In this document: piece by piece, positions 35,091-43,886 of the stretch
How the letters are laid out: every line of letters starts with the position of its first letter
Numbering within the stretch: position 1 is the first letter of the stretch
Assembly: GCA_035651955.1 (NCBI GenBank)
Contig: DASRES010000015.1
Coordinates: forward strand, 70,208 to 134,207
DNA length: 64,000 nt
Direction: 5' to 3'
DNA from: Acidimicrobiia bacterium
Lineage (GTDB): Bacteria; Actinomycetota; Acidimicrobiia; IMCC26256; JAMXLJ01
Made by a program: the position numbers and the translations under genes
The notes under the pieces: model-generated
Seen by the model: the letters and a program-made list of their open reading frames with translations, nothing else
Told to the model about the DNA's origin: nothing
The model's database searches: none

Positions 35091-38000
35091 ATGAGCGGCC
35101 CCCGACCGCCGGTCGCGTGCGTGCGCGTCCTCGGCGGGGTGAGCGCCGTCAGGTCCGACGGCTCGACCGTCGACGTCCCCAGCGCGAGTCAACGGCGGCT
35201 GCTCGCGCTCCTGGCGCTCCACGCTCCACGGCGGCTGCGCGCCGAGTGGCTCGCCGACGTCCTGATGGTCTCGCCCGGCGCGCTGCGGACGACGGTCGCG
35301 CGGCTCCGAGGCGTGATCGGCTCGGACGTCCTCGTGACGACGAGCACCGGGTACTCGCTCGCGTGTGACGTCGACGCCACCGGGTTCTGCGACGCGGTGA
35401 CGGCCGCCAGCGAGACGAACCCGCGACTCGTTGCACTCGAGCACGCGCTCGCGTCGTGGGGTGGGCCCGTGCTCGAGGAGTTCGCGGGCGAGGAGTGGGC
35501 GCGCGGTGAGATCGCGCGCGTGACCGAGATCCACGCTGGCGCTGTCGACGACTACGCGGAGGAGCTCATCGCGGCGCACCGGGCGGCTGACGCGGTCGCG
35601 TCGCTCGAGCGGCAGATCGCGCTGCACCCGTATCGCGATCGATCACGCGGGTTGTTGATCCGCGCGCACGCGCTCGCGGGTCGCCAGGCGGACGCGCTGC
35701 GGGCCTTCCAGGTGTACCGGACGCTGCTCGTCGAGGAGGTCGGCACCGAGCCGTCGCCCGACGTCGTCCGGATCGAGCGGCGGGTCGCGACGGGCTGGGA
35801 CGGCATCGACTCGGAACCCGACGCGCCTGACGCGCCTGCCGTGCCCGCGGTCGTCGACATCCCGTTGCCGGGCGCGCTCGCGCACCGGGTCGCCTTCGTC
35901 GGCCGGGCGGCGGAGCACGCCGCGTTGCACGCCGAGCTCGAGGCCGCGGCGTCGAGCGGTCTGCGCACGGTCGTCGTCGGAGGCGAGGCCGGGATCGGCA
36001 AGACGACGTTGCTGGCCGAGTTCGCGTGGTCGGTGACGTCGTCGGGCACGGCGACGGTCCTGTACGGACGCTGCGACGAGGCCGGTGTGCCCCTGGAGCC
36101 GTTCCGGACGCTGCTCGGCGCGTGCGTCGACCACGCGCCTGCGGACCTGCTCGCGGAGCACGTGGCGCGCTGCGGCGGCGAGCTGGCGCACATCTGCCCG
36201 AGGCTGCTGGCGCGGGTCGGGACGGCACCGGCCCCGACCGCGTCGGACGACGTCACGCAGCGCTTCCTGGCCTTCGATGCGGCCGCCGACCTCGTGCGCC
36301 GGGTCGCCGCCCGCCGCCCGGTGGTGCTGATGATCGACGACCTGCAGTGGGCCGAGGCCACCGCCCTGCTCCTGCTCCGTCACCTCGCCGGCGCGCTCGC
36401 CGACTCCCCGGTCGTGCTCGCGCTGACACGGCGCGATCGCGGCGAGGCCGCCCCCGAAGACGTCCGATCCGCGCTCGCCGACGTCGAGCGCGGTGGTGTG
36501 CGCGCCATCGAGCTGAGCGGGCTCGACGAGGCCGAGCTCGCCGAGCTCGTCGTCGCCGCGACACGCGCGGCGCCCGATGCCGAGCTGCGACGGGTCACCG
36601 GGAAGCTCCGCGAGGACACCGCGGGCAATCCGCTCTACGCGTCACAGCTCGTGCGGCACTGGATGGAGCTCGGCAGCGACGAACGCGCGGACGACGCTGC
36701 TCTGCGCGACTGGCAGCGCATCGTGACGGCCGACAGCGTGCCGCCCAGCCTGCGCGAGGTCGTCTGGAGCCGCGTGCACGCGCTCGGCGAAGACGTCGCC
36801 ACGGTGCTCGCGGCCGCGTCCGTCCTGGGCGTCGAGTTCCGCGAGGACGTGCTCGTCGACATGGTCGACCTCGACGAGCGGAGCGTCGTCGCGTCGCTGA
36901 ACGCCGCGGCACTCGCGGGAATCCTCGTCGACGTCCGCGCCGTCCGGCGCGCCATGCGGTTCGTGCACGCGCTCGTCGCCAACGCGCTGTACTCCGACAT
37001 CGGCGCCGCGAGCCGTACGCGTCTGCACGAGCGGGCCGCGCGGGTGCTCGTGAAGGACGTCGAGCCCGTCGCTCCGGACGTGGTCGTCCAGCTCGCGCGG
37101 CACTGCGCCCTCGCGGGTCTGACGGCCGACGCGTTGCAGTGGTCGGTCCTCGCGGGAGACCACGCGCTCGCACACCTCGCGCCGAGCGAGGCCGCCCGGC
37201 ACTACGGGGTCGCGCTCGACGCCGCGGTCGCGCTGCATCGATCGGACACCGAGCGCGCCGATCTCCTGGTTCGCCTCGGCGACGCCCAACACCGCGCGGG
37301 CGAGCCCGACGCGTTCGCGACGCTCGAACGCGGCGCGGAGCTCGCGCGGCGCAGCGGCGACCGCGACGCGCTCGTCCGCGCCGCGCTGGCGGCCGATCGC
37401 GGCTTCGCGCGCATGGCGAGCGGTGCGCCGGAGCACCTGGCGATCGTCGAAGCGGCGGTGGCGGCGGCCGATCCGCGCGACGAGGCCACCAGGACGCGCC
37501 TGCTCGCCCTGTTGGCGCAATGTCTCGTGTACACGCCGGCCGCCGCGCGACGGATCGCGCTGGGTCACGAGGCATGGGCACTCGCCGACGCGAGCGGCGA
37601 CCCGGCGCTCGTCGCGCACGTCGCACCCGCGGTGCTGATGGCGTTGTGGGGGCCGGGGAGTGGCGCGCTCCGCCGCGACATCGCCGCGCGGGCGGTGACG
37701 GCGGCGGAAGCGTCGGGAGATCCGCGACTGCAGTTCGGCGCGCACGTCGCGGCGTACAACGTGGCGGTTGAATCCGCCGATCCCGTCGTCGCCGCGCACA
37801 GCCTGGCCCGGGTGCGGTCGACTGCGCGAACCGTCGGCGAGCCGCGACTCCGGTGGATCGCCGGCCTCTACGACACGTTCGAGGCGACGATGAGCGGCCG
37901 TCTCGCCGAGGCCGAGACGCTCGCCGCGCGCAACCTGGACCTCGGCGTCGAGATCGCCGCGCCCGACGCGTTCACGCTGTTCGCCGGACAGTTCTTCGTG

Positions 38001-38609
38001 ATCGGCACGTTCGCCGGCAAGCACGACGAGCTGTTCCCGGTCGTCGAGCAGGCCGCACGTGACAATCCCGGCGTCGTCCCGTTCCGCGTCGCGTACGGGA
38101 TCATCTGCGAGGCCGTCGGGCGTACCGAGGAAGCACGCCGGATCTTGCGAACCGGCATGGCCGACCGCTTCGCGGACCTCCCCGTCGACAACATGTGGAC
38201 GACCTCGGTGATCGGCTACGCGGTCCTCGCCATCGAGCTCGAGGACGTCGACGCAGCCGCGAGGCTGCTGCCCGTCATCGCGCCGTTCGCGGGTGACGTC
38301 GCCTTCAACGGCGTGACCAGCCAAGGCCCCGTCGCCGCGTACGCGGGCAAGCTCGCGTCGCTGCTCGGCCGGCACGACGAGGCCGACGACCATCTCCATT
38401 CGGCGCTGGCGACGGCAACCGCGTTCGGGTGGACGTATCACCGCGCCACCACGCTCTACGCGCTCGCGCAGGCGCGGTACCGGCGCGTCGGCACGCTCGA
38501 TGGGGAGGGACACGGCTGGCTCGCCGAGGCGGGCGACCTCTGCCGCGCGCGCGGGTTTCGTAGCTGGATCGGCCCGATCGACAGGCTCGAGACGGCGACA
38601 CGGGCCTGA
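35091..38609 (+). CDS. SARP/AfsR-like regulator: OmpR-type wHTH + BTAD + P-loop (STAND-type) NTPase + TPR-like C-terminus
   Basis: 1172 aa from ATG 35091. BTAD segment: EEWARGEIARVTEIH...HPYRDRSRGLLIRAHALAGRQADALRAFQVYRTLLVEEVGTEPSPDV. Walker A: GGEAGIGKTTLL. Walker B: VVLMIDDLQWAE. A long helical repeat tail follows. Confidence 0.88.
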   Translation: MSGPRPPVACVRVLGGVSAVRSDGSTVDVPSASQRRLLALLALHAPRRLRAEWLADVLMVSPGALRTTVARLRGVIGSDVLVTTSTGYSLACDVDATGFCDAVTAASETNPRLVALEHALASWGGPVLEEFAGEEWARGEIARVTEIHAGAVDDYAEELIAAHRAADAVASLERQIALHPYRDRSRGLLIRAHALAGRQADALRAFQVYRTLLVEEVGTEPSPDVVRIERRVATGWDGIDSEPDAPDAPAVPAVVDIPLPGALAHRVAFVGRAAEHAALHAELEAAASSGLRTVVVGGEAGIGKTTLLAEFAWSVTSSGTATVLYGRCDEAGVPLEPFRTLLGACVDHAPADLLAEHVARCGGELAHICPRLLARVGTAPAPTASDDVTQRFLAFDAAADLVRRVAARRPVVLMIDDLQWAEATALLLLRHLAGALADSPVVLALTRRDRGEAAPEDVRSALADVERGGVRAIELSGLDEAELAELVVAATRAAPDAELRRVTGKLREDTAGNPLYASQLVRHWMELGSDERADDAALRDWQRIVTADSVPPSLREVVWSRVHALGEDVATVLAAASVLGVEFREDVLVDMVDLDERSVVASLNAAALAGILVDVRAVRRAMRFVHALVANALYSDIGAASRTRLHERAARVLVKDVEPVAPDVVVQLARHCALAGLTADALQWSVLAGDHALAHLAPSEAARHYGVALDAAVALHRSDTERADLLVRLGDAQHRAGEPDAFATLERGAELARRSGDRDALVRAALAADRGFARMASGAPEHLAIVEAAVAAADPRDEATRTRLLALLAQCLVYTPAAARRIALGHEAWALADASGDPALVAHVAPAVLMALWGPGSGALRRDIAARAVTAAEASGDPRLQFGAHVAAYNVAVESADPVVAAHSLARVRSTARTVGEPRLRWIAGLYDTFEATMSGRLAEAETLAARNLDLGVEIAAPDAFTLFAGQFFVIGTFAGKHDELFPVVEQAARDNPGVVPFRVAYGIICEAVGRTEEARRILRTGMADRFADLPVDNMWTTSVIGYAVLAIELEDVDAAARLLPVIAPFAGDVAFNGVTSQGPVAAYAGKLASLLGRHDEADDHLHSALATATAFGWTYHRATTLYALAQARYRRVGTLDGEGHGWLAEAGDLCRARGFRSWIGPIDRLETATRA

Positions 38610-38626
38610 CGCGCGGGTGACGCGCG
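38605..38626 (+). promoter_or_regulatory. Second copy of the 22-nt box (two tandem 11-nt units); overlaps the SARP stop and lies 20 nt upstream of P3
   Basis: CCTGACGCGCGGGTGACGCGCG matches 21/22 positions of 34541-34562. CACGAT (38635-38640) follows, and then ATG 38647 with no SD. Confidence 0.45.
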
Positions 38627-38646
38627 CCGCAGCGCACGATGCCCGC

Positions 38647-38907
38647 ATGACGACACTGCTGATCATCCACGAGGTCGACGACGTCCAACACTGGCTCGCA
38701 TCCCCGAAGCGCGCGGAGTTCTTCGGCCCGATGGGCTTCTCCGTGCGCACGTTCGTCGATCGGGACGCGCCCGAGCGCGTCGGTCTGATCGTCGAGTGCC
38801 CCGATCTCGACAGCTTCGAGAAGGCGCTCCAGGCCGAGGGCGCCGCGGACGCGATGAAGTACGACGGCGTGCGTCCGGAGACCATCCAAGTCTTCGTGGA
38901 GGGCTGA
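38647..38907 (+). CDS. Small hypothetical protein P3 (86 aa)
   Basis: ATG 38647 (MTTLLIIHEVDDVQHW...). Contains VGLIVECPDLDSFEKAL...DGVRPETIQVFV. Confidence 0.6.
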   Translation: MTTLLIIHEVDDVQHWLASPKRAEFFGPMGFSVRTFVDRDAPERVGLIVECPDLDSFEKALQAEGAADAMKYDGVRPETIQVFVEG

Positions 38908-38910
38908 CGG

Positions 38911-39465
38911 ATGGACATCGTGCTCGCTCTCGAACGGTCGTACGACCAGACCGCGAAGCTCGTTGCGGACCTCGATGAGACCGGACTCCGTGCTCCGTCC
39001 CCGTGTGCCGGGTGGGACGTCCGCGCGACGTTGAACCACCTCCTCGGCGCGACGTGGATGTTCACGCTCGTGAACCAGGGGCGGGAGGCCGGCGAGGACG
39101 CCGGCGACGTCCTCGGCGACGACCCGGGCCTGGCCGTGGCCGCCGCTGCGAAGGAGAACCTCGCCAGCTGGCGCCAGCCCGGCGCGTTCGACGGCGACCG
39201 GACGTACCCGTTCGGCACGTTCCCCGCGGACTTCGCCGCGCTGATCAACCTCGAAGAGGTCGTCGTCCACAACTGGGACGTCGCGACGGCATGCGGGCTC
39301 GACCTGACGATCGACGAACCGATCGCGCAGATGGTCTACGACTGGGGCCGGTCGATCCCGCTCGACGAGTTCCGCGCCCACGGCGCGTTCGGCCCCGAGG
39401 TGCCGGTCCTCGCGTCGGCCTCGGTCTCCGACCGCCTGATGGGCCTGCTCGGCCGCCGCCCCTGA
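38911..39465 (+). CDS. TIGR03086-like / DinB-fold (mycothiol maleylpyruvate isomerase N-terminal-like) protein
   Basis: 184 aa. Contains PSPCAGWDVRATLNHLLGATWMF and VVVHNWDVATACG. It begins 3 nt after the P3 stop. Confidence 0.8.
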   Translation: MDIVLALERSYDQTAKLVADLDETGLRAPSPCAGWDVRATLNHLLGATWMFTLVNQGREAGEDAGDVLGDDPGLAVAAAAKENLASWRQPGAFDGDRTYPFGTFPADFAALINLEEVVVHNWDVATACGLDLTIDEPIAQMVYDWGRSIPLDEFRAHGAFGPEVPVLASASVSDRLMGLLGRRP

Positions 39466-39546
39466 AGCGCCGCGCTCGCCGCTCGCCGCTCGCCTTGCTT
39501 TCCGCTCTCGGCGCCTCCGGCGGCGGGCCGCTCGGGCCCCGGCTCG

Positions 39547-39573
39547 CTGCGAGGCGGGATTCCCGCCTCGCAG
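39547..39573. terminator. GC-rich 13-bp hairpin downstream of the TIGR03086 gene, overlapping the -35 region of the helR-like promoter
   Basis: CTGCGAGGCGGGA-T-TCCCGCCTCGCAG. Differences from the 34115 hairpin are compensatory. Confidence 0.5.
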
Positions 39574-39582
39574 TCGCTCGCC

Positions 39583-39588
39583 TAAGAT
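39583..39588 (+). promoter_or_regulatory. -10-like hexamer TAAGAT upstream of the HelD/HelR-like gene
   Basis: This is the best TANNNT match in the 182-nt spacer. It lies 59 nt before GTG 39648. Confidence 0.35.
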
Positions 39589-39647
39589 CGTCGGTCCCCG
39601 TTCCCCGATTCGCGCCCGAACGACCCCCGCGCGCAGGGCGGTCGGGC

Positions 39648-42053
39648 GTGCACCGACGATCCGGAGTCCGCTTGCCCGAGGTCCCCGACGCCGAGCTGGC
39701 GGCCGAGCAGCGCGTGCTCGACGCCGCCTACGCCCGCCTCGACGACATGCGCCGATCCGCGGTCCGGGTCGCCGACGCGTACTCGGAGGTCCGGCGGGGT
39801 GGGACGCACCAGGCCCGGCTGGAGCGCGACATCGCCGTCGAGACGACCCAGCGCCGGCTCGCGGCGCTCGACATCGGCGACGCCCCGCTGTGCTTCGGCC
39901 GTCTCGACCTCACCCCCCAGGCGGCCGACGGCGCCGGCCCGACCGACGGCCGCTACTACATCGGGCGCGTCTCGGTGGACGACGACGACCACCGGCCGCT
40001 CGTCGTCGATTGGCGCGCGCCCGTCGCCGAGCCCTTCTACCGGGCGACGGCGGTGCACCCGATGGGGGTGGTCCGCCGCCGTCACTTCATCACGCGCGGC
40101 GGGCGCCGCCTGGTCGGCCTCGACGACCGGGTCTTCGACGCCGACGCGGGTGAGGATGCGGGGCTGACGATCGTCGGGGAGGGTGCGCTGCTCGCGGCGC
40201 TCGAACGCGCACGCACCGGGCGGATGCACGACATCGTCGCCACGATCCAGGCCGAGCAGGACGAGGCGATCCGCAGCGACCTCGACGGCGTCCTCGTCGT
40301 GGCCGGAGGGCCCGGCACCGGCAAGACCGCGGTCGCGCTGCACCGCGCCGCGTACCTGCTGTACACGTACCGCCGCCGGCTGTCCGGCGACGGCGTGCTG
40401 TTCGTCGGACCGAACGCGGTGTTCCTCCGCTACATCGACCAGGTCCTCCCGTCGCTTGGCGAGGAGGACGCCCAGCTGTCGACGATCCGCGCGCTGAAGC
40501 CCGGTCTGCGCGTGCAACGGACTGATCCACCTGCCGTCGCGCGCGTCAAGGGCGACGTGCGCATGGCGACCGTGATCGCGCGCGCGGTCGCGGACCGTGA
40601 GCGCGGGCTGCCGCGCGACATCGTCGTCGCGGTCGACGGGCTGCGCATCCGGATCACCCGTCGCGACACGCGCGGGATCGTCGAGCGCGCCCGGCGGCGC
40701 CGCGGGTCGCACAACGCGCGGCGTCCGTTCGTGCTCGGGCTGCTGCTCGACCACCTCGTCGGCCGGTACCGCCGCGCGCTCGTCCGCACGTACCGCGACC
40801 GTCTCACGACGGACGACGCCGAGGCCGGCCGTCTCCCGCTCGACGAGCCCGACGTGTCGCTCGACCCGACCGTGGCCGGCGCGCTGTCACGCGGGGAGCC
40901 GCCGCCCGAGGACTGGGAGCGCGAGCTGCGCGCGCGGCTGCGACAGCGACCCGAGGTACGCGAGGCGATCGAGCGGATGTGGCCCGTCCTGAGCGGCGCG
41001 GAGCTGGTCCACGACCTGTTCAGCTTCACCGCGCTGATCCGCTCCGCGGCCGACGGCGTGCTCGAGCGCGACGAGCAGGTCGGGCTGCACCGGCCGCGTG
41101 CGCACCGCGTCACCGACGTCGCGTGGACGGACTCCGATGTCGCGCTCGTCGACGAGGCCGACGCGCTCCTCGGCCCGGTCGAGGCGGCCCGCCCCCGTCG
41201 CGCGCGCCGGCGCGGGCCGAGCGCGGACTCGGTCGACACCGCGACCCGTGTCGTCGACGGGCTCGGCCTCGGCGGCTACACGACCGCGGCGTCCCTCGCG
41301 GAGCGGTTCGCCGACCCCGCCCCGCGCAACGGCACCGCGGGCGACGAGCCGCGCACGTTCGGGCACGTCCTCGTCGACGAGGCGCAGGACCTGACGCCGA
41401 TGGAGTGGCGGATGCTCGCCCGCCGCTGCCCGTCGCGGTCGATGACGCTCGTCGGCGACTTCGGCCAGTCGAGCCGCGCCGGCGCGGCGGGGAGCTGGGA
41501 CGAGATCGTCCGCGTCGTCTCGCGCCCGGGCCGGGCCCGCGTCGTCACGCTCGACGTCAACTACCGGACACCCGCCGAGCTCATGACCGTCGCCAACCGC
41601 GTGCTCGCGGTCGCGTCACCGGGCATCGCTCCGCCGCGCGCGGTCCGCTCGACGGGCACGCATCCGAGGTTCGTCGCGGTCGACCGCGCCGAGCCCGGCG
41701 CGCTCGCACGAGAGACGGCCGCGGTCGCGCGCGAGGCCGTCGCGAATGGCGGCACGACGGCCGTCGTCGCGCCGCGCGACGTGCACGGCGCGATCACGAG
41801 CGCGCTCGCCGACGTCGGCGCGGTCGCGGACCGTGCCGAGGCGATCGACGCGCCCGTCGCGGTGCTCGACGCCGTCGACGCGAAGGGCCTCGAGTTCGAC
41901 CACGTCGTCGTCGTCGAGCCCGCGCGCCTCGTCACACCCGATCCGGCCGGGTTGCGCCTGCTCTACGTCACGCTGACGCGCGCGACGCGCGACCTGGCGA
42001 TCGTGCACGCCGACCCGCTCCCCGAGGCGCTGGAGACCGCCCCGGTAGGCTGA
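39648..42053 (+). CDS. HelD/HelR-like UvrD-superfamily ATPase (RNA polymerase-associated helicase IV type)
   Basis: C-terminal 801 codons of track ORF 39003..42053. Motifs: RYYIGRVSV, LVVDWRAPVAEPFY, Walker A AGGPGTGKTAVALHRAAYLLY, VLVDEAQDLTPMEW, NYRTP, GLEFDHVVVVEP, YVTLTRAT. TTG 39672 is an alternative start. Confidence 0.85.
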   Translation: MHRRSGVRLPEVPDAELAAEQRVLDAAYARLDDMRRSAVRVADAYSEVRRGGTHQARLERDIAVETTQRRLAALDIGDAPLCFGRLDLTPQAADGAGPTDGRYYIGRVSVDDDDHRPLVVDWRAPVAEPFYRATAVHPMGVVRRRHFITRGGRRLVGLDDRVFDADAGEDAGLTIVGEGALLAALERARTGRMHDIVATIQAEQDEAIRSDLDGVLVVAGGPGTGKTAVALHRAAYLLYTYRRRLSGDGVLFVGPNAVFLRYIDQVLPSLGEEDAQLSTIRALKPGLRVQRTDPPAVARVKGDVRMATVIARAVADRERGLPRDIVVAVDGLRIRITRRDTRGIVERARRRRGSHNARRPFVLGLLLDHLVGRYRRALVRTYRDRLTTDDAEAGRLPLDEPDVSLDPTVAGALSRGEPPPEDWERELRARLRQRPEVREAIERMWPVLSGAELVHDLFSFTALIRSAADGVLERDEQVGLHRPRAHRVTDVAWTDSDVALVDEADALLGPVEAARPRRARRRGPSADSVDTATRVVDGLGLGGYTTAASLAERFADPAPRNGTAGDEPRTFGHVLVDEAQDLTPMEWRMLARRCPSRSMTLVGDFGQSSRAGAAGSWDEIVRVVSRPGRARVVTLDVNYRTPAELMTVANRVLAVASPGIAPPRAVRSTGTHPRFVAVDRAEPGALARETAAVAREAVANGGTTAVVAPRDVHGAITSALADVGAVADRAEAIDAPVAVLDAVDAKGLEFDHVVVVEPARLVTPDPAGLRLLYVTLTRATRDLAIVHADPLPEALETAPVG

Positions 42054-42057
42054 GCGC

Positions 42058-43869
42058 ATGGCGGTTGCCCAGTCTCCCTCGCCCGACCTGCTCGCCTCCG
42101 ACGTCGCGTGGGATCTCGAGCCGCTGCTCGAAGGGCGGGGGACGGACGGCGTCGACGCGCTCCTCGACGACGCCGCGCGCGCGGCGTCCGAGCTGACGCG
42201 CTATCGCGGTCGCGTCGCCGCGCTCGAGGCCGACGAGCTCGCGGAGCTCATGCACGAGGTCGCGTTCGTGCAGGAGCGCATCGAGCGAGTCGGCTCGTAC
42301 GCGGGGCTGCGCTTCGCGGTCGACACGACGGACGCCGAGCGCGGCGCGCTGTTGCAGCACGTCGAGGAGCGCGCCACCGCGATCGGCAACGAGCTGCTCT
42401 TCCTCGAGCTCGAGTGGGCCGCGGCGCCCGACGACCATGTCGAGAGCGTGCTCGCGGACGAGCGTCTCGACTTCTGCCGCCACCACCTGCGCGCGATCCG
42501 GCGGTACCGCCCGCACCTCCTGTCCGAGCCGGAGGAGCGGATCATGTCGGAGAAGGCCGTGACCGGCCGGAGCGCGTGGTCCCGGCTCTTCAGCGAGCTC
42601 ACGTCGACGATCCGCGTCGAGCTCGACGGCGAGTCGCGCTCGCTCGAGGAGGCGCTGTCGGTCCTCGGCTCGCCCGACCGGGAGTTGCGCCGGCGCGCCG
42701 CCGAGGCCGTCACGGAAGGTCTCGCACCCGGCCTGCGCACGCGCGCGTTCGTGTTCAACACGCTGCTCGCCGACAAGAGCATCGACGACCGGCTGCGGAG
42801 CTACCCGAACTGGCTCGCGAGCATGAACCTCGCGAACGAGGCCAGCGACGAGTCGGTGCAGGCGCTCGTCGATGCCGTCCGTCGGCGCTACGACATCCCG
42901 CAGCGCTGGTACGCACTCAAGGCGCGGCTGCTCGGTGTCGACCGGATCGCCGACTACGACCGCATGGCGTCCGTCGCCGACGAGGACTCGGAGTTCACGT
43001 GGTCGCAGGCGCGCGCGCTCGTGCTCGACGCGTACGCGTCGTTCTCACCCGAGCTGGCCGACGTCGCGCAGCGCTTCTTCGACGAGCGCTGGATCGACGC
43101 GCCGATCCGCCCCGGCAAGCGTCCCGGCGCGTTCTGCGCGTACACCGTGCCCTCGCACCACCCGTACCTGTTGCTCAACTGGACCGCCCGTCGCCGCGAC
43201 GTGCTGACGCTCGCGCACGAGATGGGTCACGGGCTGCACGCGTATCTCGCGCGCGGTCAGGGTGTCTTCCACCAGACGACGCCGTTGACGCTCGCCGAGA
43301 CCGCGTCGGTGTTCGGCGAGACGGTGACGTTCGGACGGCTGCTCGAGGCGACCGACGACCCGTCGGCGCGGCTCGCGCTGCTCGCCGAGAGCCTCGAGGG
43401 CCAGATCGCGACGGTGTTCCGCCAGACCGCGATGAACCGGTTCGAAGCCCTCGTCCACACCGACCGGCGCGAGCAGGGCGAGCTGAGCGTCGAGCGCTTC
43501 AACGAGCGGTGGGCAGAGACGCAGACGGAGATGCTCGGCGACGCGGTCGAGATCACGGAGGGCTACCGCACCTGGTGGTCCTACATCCCGCACTTCATCG
43601 CCACGCCCGGTTACGTGTACGCGTACGCGTACGGCCAGCTGCTCGCGCTCTCGGTGTACCGCGCGTACGAGGAGCAGGGCGGCGCGTTCGTGCCCGCCTA
43701 TCTCGAGCTGCTCGCGAGCGGCGGCTCGCGCTCGCCCGAGGAGCTGGGCCGGATCGTGGGGGTCGACCTCGCCGACCCCTCGTTCTGGGACGGCGGCCTC
43801 GCGATCGTCGAGGGTCAGCTCGAGGCGGCCGAGGCGGCGGCGCGTGCCTCGGGTCGCGTCGCCGACTGA
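42058..43869 (+). CDS. pepF: M3-family oligoendopeptidase F
   Basis: 603 aa with the HEMGHGLH zinc motif. Confidence 0.9.
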   Translation: MAVAQSPSPDLLASDVAWDLEPLLEGRGTDGVDALLDDAARAASELTRYRGRVAALEADELAELMHEVAFVQERIERVGSYAGLRFAVDTTDAERGALLQHVEERATAIGNELLFLELEWAAAPDDHVESVLADERLDFCRHHLRAIRRYRPHLLSEPEERIMSEKAVTGRSAWSRLFSELTSTIRVELDGESRSLEEALSVLGSPDRELRRRAAEAVTEGLAPGLRTRAFVFNTLLADKSIDDRLRSYPNWLASMNLANEASDESVQALVDAVRRRYDIPQRWYALKARLLGVDRIADYDRMASVADEDSEFTWSQARALVLDAYASFSPELADVAQRFFDERWIDAPIRPGKRPGAFCAYTVPSHHPYLLLNWTARRRDVLTLAHEMGHGLHAYLARGQGVFHQTTPLTLAETASVFGETVTFGRLLEATDDPSARLALLAESLEGQIATVFRQTAMNRFEALVHTDRREQGELSVERFNERWAETQTEMLGDAVEITEGYRTWWSYIPHFIATPGYVYAYAYGQLLALSVYRAYEEQGGAFVPAYLELLASGGSRSPEELGRIVGVDLADPSFWDGGLAIVEGQLEAAEAAARASGRVAD

Positions 43870-43886
43870 CGCCGCGGTCCACTCAC

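Noticed and set aside
39466-39647. Rifamycin-associated element (RAE) upstream of the HelR-like gene.
   Set aside because: I could not match the 39547-39573 hairpin or any other segment to the RAE sequence as I remember it. It is reported only as an unexplained inverted repeat.
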